From Eledone cirrhosa (taxonomy: Eukaryota): DNA of 64,000 nt. Below the pieces are notes generated by a model that saw only the letters and a program-made list of their open reading frames with translations, did no database searches and had not been told where the DNA came from. Position numbers and translations under genes: made by a program. The stretch spans positions 63,116,001-63,180,000 of the forward strand of contig OZ024741.1 of the NCBI GenBank assembly GCA_964016885.1, in the 5' to 3' direction. Positions 54,274 to 64,000 of the stretch are shown one piece after another. Position 1 is the first letter of the stretch. The number at the start of each line of letters is the position of its first letter.

Positions 54274-55078
54274 ACACATGTGTGCGTATGTATGCACATT
54301 ACAATTTTTCTATTTATTCTCCAGAGAAACATACTGATATATAGTTAGTGAATTACTTGAACACAAACAACAAAACAGATAACAATTTCAGGCATTCCTG
54401 AAAGCACGCTATGATTACAAGATGTAAACACTGAATTGAATGTGTTGTAACTCTTACTTCATTTTAATTGGTTAATGCAGACCACCAGTCAAACATATTA
54501 CGTTATTGAAATCATATTGAAATGTATTTGAATAATGCAACTTGTATACATATTTTTATTGAAAACAACTTGATAATAAAAGAACAACTGTCTTGCAGCT
54601 TTTTTCATGATATACAAAGATATAACATTTATAATTATTTGAACATTTTAATTACATTTCAAGGAATACCTCCCAGTAAATGAAGATTCTTGTGTTCTAT
54701 TGGGACTGAACTTTTAGTATTTCTTTCTAATTATTTTTGAATTCTATTTAGATTAATAATTAAAGAAGCAAACATGTCGGACACACACAAAAAGAAAATT
54801 GAAATTTTTTTGTTTGAATATCTTTAATGTTATTTCATTTTTGAAATCGATTTGAAATGTCTAAAATATATGGAAGAAATTCCTTGAAATTGCATGCTTT
54901 TAAAAAGTTATTCTTTAAATTATCCCAATTATAATGTAGAAATTGACTTTCGGTATAATACTTATTTGATATGGTATATTTAATCAATATTTTCTGACGA
55001 ATATGTCGTCTTAAAAACAAATTATTAAATGGATGGTTTGTTGACAATTTGAAATAGTATAGGAATGGTCTCACTTAC

Positions 55079-55259
55079 CTCGCTGTTAAGGAAACAGTAT
55101 ATCACGGAAATACCGAAACCCTGAAAGGAAATGAGGAAAAATGATATATAGGCCCAGGTTCCAAACAGGGCTACATTTTCTTGTGAGGGTTCGATCATCA
55201 CAACGAAGTTTGTAATCCCAAGTAGCGGAAGAAGCACAATAGCCGCTTTGACAGCTTTT
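55079..55259 (-). CDS. Class B (secretin-family) GPCR exon, TM6-TM7; PDF receptor-like
   Basis: cag|A AAA GCT...AGC GAG|gtaagt, 181 nt: (R)KAVKAAIVLLPLLGITNFVVMIEPSQENVALFGTWAYISFFLISFQGFGISVIYCFLNSE. RKAVxAAIVLLPLLGITN is typical of PDF receptors. Confidence 0.93.
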
Positions 55260-56249
55260 CTGTATAGAAAAGAGAAAATATCAACATTTGAGATGACATA
55301 TAAACGGGATTATTATTTTAAAAAAATAGAATTTTCAATTTCAAATTTCATCTTTTTAATCTTTATTTTTAATTCATAGAATTTCCAGAAATAAGATCTC
55401 TATTAATAATGCCCGCCCATAAAGAAGTTTTGTTGTTGATGCGTAGGGACAATATTTTGTATTGACTGGCTTTGTGTTGTTGCTTAAGTTTAACAAAAAG
55501 ACAGGTCTAATCAAACCTATAAACATGCATGTCAAGATTTACATCATGTGATATGGTCATCCTTTCCCAACATGAAGTTGTAATTTGAATAAGATTTGTT
55601 TGTTATTTGTTGTAGGCTGAATCACTAAGTAGGATGCTTGTACACGCTAAATGCATAAATGAATAAAACATTCGCTAATAATTCTCAGATTAGGAATCCA
55701 AAGTATTGTTGTGTAATTCAGGATAGGGAACATAGTTAAACATGTTTATGTTTTCCTAAATTTCTTTGTTCCTTCTACCGTTACTAAAGCTAATTGAAGG
55801 ATCTAATAGATAAACGTATTTGATAATACGAATTTTATCGATCTCCGGATGGGTGGAAGTCCTCTTAGAATAATTTGAAATCAAAGGAGTGGAAATTTGT
55901 AAATGATGTGATAAATAATATGCCTTACTAATCCATTAATTTTATTTGAATTAATACAATACAAGAGACCGACAAGGAATGATTAAGACATCCCTTGATG
56001 TGCTAGAAAGCTATAAAATCTTCCTCAAATCACATAACTTAAAAGCGAAAATACTACATGGCATAATGTAGTTGCAAATACACTGCAAAAAGATAGAAAC
56101 ATATCTGCTGGATCAGCGCTGACATGAAGCTATAACACAATTCCAAAACAATATCAATATATGCAAACACATACACTATATGGCAGCGTACAAAATGAAA
56201 TGTTTACATATGGTTGTTTTTTCATCGTTGTTGTTACTTGTCTACTTAC

Positions 56250-56335
56250 CTAAGTGTTTCTGCTTCATTTGTGTGGCTTTCACGTAGTTTGGTTATTAAT
56301 ATTCTCATTATATTGAACAAAAATGTGAGGTTTAT
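56250..56335 (-). CDS. Class B GPCR exon, end of TM5 and ICL3; PDF receptor-like
   Basis: tag|ATA AAC...CTT AG|gtaagt, 86 nt: INLTFLFNIMRILITKLRESHTNEAETLR. The phase-2 junction joins the next exon in frame. Confidence 0.93.
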
Positions 56336-57968
56336 CTATAAAATGTTAAGAAATTAAGAAAAAAAGATGCAGCTTTATTAATCATGTTAAAATGACAATT
56401 TATTTGAATACCATACTATATTTCTTCGTGCAACGAACTTCATTAAGAAAAGCACATGTGCTATATGCATGTAAAAATAGAAACCCAATCTTCTTCATCA
56501 GTGTATAAGTATTAATATGTATGAATATAGACATGCGTAGCTCCTAATGGAGTTGTAGCGTCACCTTGTTGATATAAGGCCTTTATTTGGCATGTTTAAA
56601 CTTGGTGGATCCCATCTCGTCTCTAGACCTGACTGTAGCAGATTCCTTTCAGAGAACGGCAGAGAGTGATGGGAAAAGGTAAGAATAAGTTTCAGAAGAA
56701 GTATCGACTCCAGGACTAGATGGGTACATTTTTATCGACCTCAAAAAGACGAAAGGCCAAATTGATCTCTTCTGGATTTGAACTCAGAAATAAGCAGACA
56801 GTCAGAAAATATACACTAAAGCGTTGTATGGGAATCTGCCAATTCGACGCCGATACAGATATTCAGAACAGAACCTGGAATCTAAATAGCATTAAAAAAT
56901 GGAAACACTAAATACACATATCAATTCAATATGCAAACATTAATATATATATATATATATTGAATTCCCAGTTTCGTCTGATAATCAACAGTTTCGAGCA
57001 GCAAACCGAACATCATTGTTTGAATGCGTCTGACCGTCATCGTAGGATAAGAAAAAACAGTGGATTTTTTTATATTTAGACATGATGATGTTATATTTCC
57101 GCCGATCTAACACGTCATACTGTCATTTTGCTTTATCGACCCCAGACGGTTGAAAGGCAAAGTTGACCACAATCGGAACGCAAATGCTGCAAATTTTGTT
57201 CGTGACTCCAATTATTCTAATAATTGTTTCTACTTCTGGTACAAGGCCAGCAATTACTGGTACTTTATTTTATATTTTATCGACCCCGAAAGGATGAAAG
57301 GCAATGTTGACTTCGGTGGATTTGAAACCGGAATGTAAAGGGCCATAACTCTATGCTGAAAAGCATGGTGTCTGAGGCTCTACAGATACTGCCAATCCAC
57401 TGCCCTCAATTATTCTAAAAATACAGCATATTATATATTTCCAGAGGTCGGGAAAGTGAGTGAGAGAGAGAGGGAGAGGGAGTGAGAGAGACAGACAGAG
57501 AGAGAGAGAGAAAGAAAGAGAGAGAGGGGGATAGAGAGAGAGAGAAAGAAAGAGAGAGAGGGGGATAGAGAGAGAGAGAAAGTGAATATGATAGAGGAGA
57601 AGAAAAATACGGGAGAGAGAGATAGATATGGAGAAAGAAATAGAAACGGGGTGTAATATTGTTAGTCGGAACAAATATTAAAGTGAGGGGTTACTTATAC
57701 CAACGAGTCAGTCGAATCGTAAACATGACCTTCAATGGTAAAATGTCATGTCCAATCTAACTCATGGCCATGGCAAATAGCCGTAACTGATGCGTTGATT
57801 TAAAATGTATCCTTTAAGGATTGATGTGTGTATATATATATATATATAAATATATATATATATACATATATATATACATATATATATATACATATACACA
57901 TATACACATATACACATATACACATATACACATACATACACACATACATACAAATATATATATAAATG

Positions 57969-58004
<36 letters not shown>

Positions 58005-58168
58005 TGTATGTATGTATGTATGTATGTATGTATGTATGTATGCATGTATGTATGTATGTATGTATGTATGTATGTATATGTGTATATACATGATTATATA
58101 TATATATGTGTATGTATGTATGTATGTGTGTATGTATGTATATATATATATGTATGTATGTGTGTGTG

Positions 58169-58217
<49 letters not shown>

Positions 58218-58218
58218 A

Positions 58219-58290
<72 letters not shown>

Positions 58291-58298
<8 letters not shown>

Positions 58299-59499
58299 TA
58301 ACAGATTAAAGTTTAAGCAAAGAATCGCTGCTTTCACCCTTAACGGGATCTTCTGAAACTAAAAAAAATCAACCTGTGAACGCAGAAGTAAATATTTCGA
58401 AAAACGTTGCAACCGAAGGAAGACAGGAAGACGATACTTTGGTTCTTGGAAACGTTCTCTGGCAAAGAACGGGGAAAAAATGAAGATAATACGTCATTAT
58501 TTGGAGCGGTGAAAACAATTGCACGCAAAGACAAAACCACCTTTATGGTATAAATGAAGTCGAAGACTAATATTCTATTAGGTAGTTCTCGTGGAAACGT
58601 TCCCTCGCAAAGAACGGAAAAAAAACGAAGATAATACGTCATTATTTGGAACGGTGATAATTTGGGTGGTGGATTGGCAGTATCGGTAGAGGGTCGGAGG
58701 CCGAGCTTTGACGCATAGAGTTACGGCCCTGGCCATTCTGAGTTCAAATCCCGCCGAGGTTAACTTTGCTTTTCATCCTTACGGGGTCGATAAAATAAAG
58801 TACCAGTCACGCACTGGGGAAATAGCTGGCCATGTGCCAAAAGTAGAAACAATTATTTGGATCGGTGAAAACAATTACACGCTAAGACAAAACCACGTTT
58901 ATGGTATAAATGAAGTCGTAGACTAATGTTCTATTAGGTGGTTTGTGGAGACGTTCCCTGGCAATGAACGGAAAAGACCAAGATAATACCTCAGTATGTG
59001 GAGCGCGAGAACAATTACACGTTTATGGTATAACTGAAGTCTTAGACTAAAATTCTATTTAGGAAACCGAATGATTCTCGGCTTCGGAGTTAAGAATATT
59101 GTAAATAAATTACAGAGGTTATTGAAATCAGCAATAATTAAATATATACATGCACGCATCCATATACATACATACACATGCATACGCGAAAACACCCGCC
59201 AAGGGTATGCAAATACAGGCACGTACACAAAACCACGCGCACACATACAAAAACCCACGCCACCTCTGCACCCGCACATATACGAACGTATACACCAAAT
59301 ACACATAAAACATATATAAAAATATAAAAAATATATATATACATGTGTGCGCGTGCCAAAGTATCGTCTTCCTATCTTCCTTCAGTTGCAACGTTTTTCG
59401 AAATATTTACTTCTGCGTTCACAGATTGATTTTTCAGAAGATCCCGTTAAGGGTGAAAGCAGTGATTCTTTGCTTAAACTTTAATCTGTTATTTTAATA
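58291..59499. mobile_element. 1.2-kb fold-back element with ~145-150-bp inverted arms, internal ~146-bp tandem repeats and a nested SINE
   Basis: 58291-58443 is the reverse complement of 59356-59499. A third arm copy lies at 29368-29516. Confidence 0.8.
58664..58853 (+). mobile_element. Full-length SINE with 17-bp TSD
   Basis: TSD ATTATTTGGA(A/T)CGGTGA at 58641-58657 and 58852-58868. Confidence 0.85.
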
Positions 59500-59969
59500 A
59501 ATATTTGCTCTACGGTTCTTATATATCAGATATATATTTATCCTTATCGAGCCCTCTTTGGCTTTTAGTCTTCAAATTTATCATTATTACTATATATATT
59601 TGAATATATATATGTATGTATATGTATATATGTGTGTATGTATATATATATACATATATATATACACACACACACGCACGCACGCACACACACACATATA
59701 AATAAATATATATATATATAATTTATATATATGAATGATTAATAATATTGCTTCGGCATAGTTGTAAACATATAAGTATGTGAATAACGTATATCTAATG
59801 ATGTACGGTATGTTTACGAATAAACAGTTGGAAAGCCTTCTGGCTATGAATATTGAAAAGCTGACGGTTAACGCCGACTAAAAATTCTGGTCAGGTGCCG
59901 AAATTTCAAAGACAAAATCAATGATTTATAAGACTATATGTGTATAAAATAATAATAAATAATAATATA

Positions 59970-60054
<85 letters not shown>

Positions 60055-60287
60055 GTGAGTTTTGTGTATGTGCGTATATGTGTGTGATAGAGAGTAAGGG
60101 GGAGAGAGAGAGAGAGAGTGAGAGAGAGAGAGAGAAAGAGAGCTAGAGAGAGAGATGGCATTATAGAGAAAAAGAAGTTCAAGAATAAAAACAAATATTT
60201 TTCTTCATATTCTCGAATTATATTTGGACGTACTGGAAATTTATGTTTACGTTGTACTAAATGAAAAGTCTCTTATGTAAAAACGTG

Positions 60288-60318
<31 letters not shown>

Positions 60319-60419
60319 CATATGTGCGTGTGTGTGACAGCTCGCACATATGCAGCTTTAGCTGGCCTCCTCCAAGGTATATCGCGTTGGAGGTTTCTTG
60401 AGTAATTTAATGATAGCGA

Positions 60420-60570
60420 CCCGATTCCCTATCATCTCCTTTCTACAGCTGATTAAACTGGCGCAACGTGAAATAAAGTGTCTTGCTCAAGGAAACAACA
60501 CATCAGCCGGTTCGAGAATTGAACTCACATTGCAAGTCCAATGCTCTATCCACTAAGCCATGCGCCTTCA
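60420..60570 (-). mobile_element. Second tRNA-derived SINE family (V-domain-like)
   Basis: GGCGCATGGCTTAGTGGATAGAGC (A box), GAGTTCAATTCTC (B box), and TTCCTTGAGCAAGACACTTTA. Confidence 0.7.
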
Positions 60571-63500
60571 CGAATATATGCATGTATATATATAACTCTC
60601 CGTTAAGCCACTTTGATGGACTACGTGTTGGCAAAGATTAAAGTTGTGCAGCTTACCACTCATATAAATCATTTTTTATTGATGGCCATTTGAAAAATAA
60701 AAAAAGATTTCAGCAAACTTATTAACTGCCTATAAGATTACATCTAAACACACTAGGTGGTCTCCTGTTAATATCATTTTTTAAAATTCCTTTTGTTGCT
60801 GTAGAATAATTCTGCTCTTAGATTAAATTATATAAGATAAATAAATACATATGCTTTATTGAAAACACTTTAGGAGATTTTTATTTTGAGATGTTAACTG
60901 CATATTTTACATCCATTTACGTACAGGTAGTAATTTCATAATAAAATGAAAGACAAGCATGCAAACACGCAAAGCTATTTACATGTTATTTCTAGTTAAA
61001 TGATGTTAAAGGATGTTATTTCCAGTTAAAGGATGCAATCGAATTAATTGAAGAAGGTTTGTTTATGCTTCTCGAATTCTTTCTTCTGTAAATTAATAGT
61101 TTATGTACACTGTTTATAATAATTATTTTTAACATAAGAACAAATCCAGGAATTTCGGGAAAAAATACAAGTCGATTATATTGAACCCTGTACATTACTG
61201 GTACTTTATTTTATCAACCTCGGAAGGCTGAATGGAAAAGCATCCCTCGGCGGGATATGAATCCAATGCGTAAATAGTCGTAACTAAATGCTAACAAGCA
61301 TTTTACCATATGCTCTAACAATTCCGCTAGTCCTACGCCCTATCCCACGTTTATAATACTATTTAACTTCCTTCTCACAGATTGTATACAAAGAAAGATC
61401 ATTTTCCGATTGGCAAAGTTTATCACTAACAGTCTTCAACCACTTGCTCACACCTTATTCTTCTGAATCCGTAACTCCTGATGCAGCCGTTGAAGTACTC
61501 TCATAAAATGCAGAAGTTTATTGGGTACTTTAAACCTGCCTGTTGAGGCTCATGCTATCTCTAATTCTGAACATATATGTCAAAGAAAGACAGAAAAAGA
61601 AAGAGTGATAGAGAGGAAATGTAAAAGATATATAGAAGAACTGTCCGCAAAACTGGACTGGTGCATTTTTATTGATCTCGAAATGATGAAAGGCAAAATT
61701 AATCTCTGTGAATTTTGCTTTCAGATTGCAGAGTACCAAAACAAATACCACAAATCATTCCATCCAATTTTCTAGCGACTCAGCAAGTCCGCTGCCCAAT
61801 TTCACTTTCTTGTTGACATATAGACCCTTGTTTCTCTAGATAAGCAGCCAATGTATCTTGTCTACCATATTGTTATGCTCCTGTCTATATCTATTCTATA
61901 TCTTCTCATATTTCCTGCTCTAAACATTTTCTGCAAATCATATCTTCAAAGACCTGCTACTCCAGCCATGTTGGTATTGTTCTTGCTTGGGCAGATGTTA
62001 AATTTGATCAAACAGACCATAGGATACATTTTGCTGTTTATATCATATATAACCACCACGTAGATAATTTCCCCTTGGCTCGTATCATTTCCTCGTTAGA
62101 CCGCCCACCTATTGTTTTGGAATAAAGATGGACCCTCACACACACAAATCAAGCTAAAATTCTAACTTATCAAACTCACCTATCTGGAAAAACCTGTGAA
62201 CGTTCTGGGTGCACACCTTCAACCATTGACTAGCTTATATGACTCAACTATCCCATTAAATTGTAGTTTATTAGTGTATAGTTTACAGATTACAGAGATG
62301 TGGAAAGTAAAATGAACTTTGATCATGATTGGTTCCACGCCAAATATTAATTTCTACTACTCACGGCACATTGTCTCAGTTTAACTCTTATATATTTATT
62401 TCTGTTATGATCCCTAATGATGTGCATTATCACTCTCATTCCTATTTTAGTTATTATATTTATCAACTCTAATGATATTTCTATTCAGAGACGAAAGCAA
62501 CAACTACAACAAAAGAAAATAATCCACGTATAACACATTTTACTGGCGGCCATCTTAAACTCATTATTATTCTGCCTCATTTTTTTTCTGCTATACCTGG
62601 TTACATTGTAGGATCCACCATGCGAAAGAACCTTTGTGGGATAGTTCGACCTACTGAAAATATCAGTCACTTTTCCTTCAAATCGACATTATTATCTTAA
62701 AATATGGAAGAATATATTCGAAAATAAAGTCCTTGATACATTGCATCTGAAAACCATGATGCAATGAATGGTAATTTTGGTAAAATAAATGGTAACCACG
62801 GTAAACTAAATGGTAACCATGGTAAAATGTGTGTAACCATTTTTAAATGAATTGACTTAGTTGTATAACAACTAATGAGGTTTTCAAACTAGTTTTCATC
62901 CAGAAATGCTCTTTAATGGATGGAATTTAATCAAATTCCTGCGGGACATCCTTATTTATCTGCGTTTGATACGCAGGTTTAAAGTAAGGAAACAATTAAA
63001 TTGATTTGTTTTTAAATATTTTGATCATTCCAACGACTGTTTTCTTTAATCATTAAATCTTCTTTATTGCTTTAAGTCCTACAATATTTGCTATTGAAAA
63101 TGTAGATTAACGTCATTTAATTCACAAAGCAGAAAGAAGACGTCCTGTGGATTTTCTTTTGTTAGGTATTATTTTTTATGTATTATTTTTATGAATTATT
63201 ATTGATTCTAATTTTTCAATAGTTTCCTAGGAAACTTCAAGAATAATCTTTTTTGTGTTCTTGAGCAGAAAAGCAGAGTGTTGTGTTGATTATTAATTTC
63301 TTTACATCAAAGATTAGCATTTCTATTTCTTCAATTGTAGGATTTCAGATAATATATAAGTATCATTTTCTGAGCAAGCATTTCTCTAGAACACAATAGT
63401 CGACTGTAATTGCAGTTTCTGTGGATACAAGGCATACGTTCTAATAGCTTTTCAAATACTGTTCATGCGCAGTCAGAAACGGCTAGCACTTTCTACTTGG

Positions 63501-64000
63501 AATTTAATATTTTTACACTAAATCTTCGAACGTATGGTTCTAAACACTTATTTCTCAAATGAGTCAGTCACCTAGCTGTAACTAGATTCTATTACGTGGT
63601 GAAAAAAAACACTTTTAGCAGCTAAGTATTTACAGATGTATTTTTTTGTCGCTCCCAATTTGCAATTTATATTTTATCAAAATATCGCTTTGAGAAAAAT
63701 AAACCTTGAAACATACTAGATTGATTCAATTAAGCGTATTATTCTTTTTCTACAATGAAAAGAAATAATCTTGCGCCAAAGCAAAAACAAAATATTATTT
63801 TATCAATACGAATATAAAAAATCTATATCGAGTGGTGACCATTAATTTAATAACTTAACACCATATCAATAACCATCAGATTGGGCGGACTAAAGTACAA
63901 CCGAATGTAATATAATTGACATATTTTGTATGAAGACTTTCTTGATTGAAAAAGGAAAAAATGTATATTTACCACGATCACAGCCAATCGTTGACCATCC

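Overview
AT-rich, microsatellite-dense metazoan DNA, most likely a coleoid cephalopod such as Octopus (inferred from the dominant tRNA-derived SINE and the repeat landscape). The only host coding sequence found is two minus-strand exons (56250-56335, 55079-55259) encoding TM5-TM7 of a class B GPCR that closely resembles PDF receptors. The rest looks like giant introns or intergenic DNA filled with transposon debris: two tandem R4/Dong elements, two nearly full-length and one remnant Tx1-clade LINE, two Penelope-like (Naiad-type) elements, CRE, RTE, mariner and Helitron fragments, and about 20 SINE copies. The most notable unexplained structure is a population of minimal type-I hammerhead ribozymes. 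Six have intact CUGANGA and GAAA-UH cores with paired stems, and several more are decayed. Many occur as tiny non-coding inverted (fold-back) dimers in or beside (TA)n tracts. A second pattern is that retroelements sit in different microsatellites: Dong and one Tx1 in (TAA)n, another Tx1 in (GATA)n, and PLE/hammerhead units in (TA)n. All calls were made by eye; no database searches or folding programs were run.
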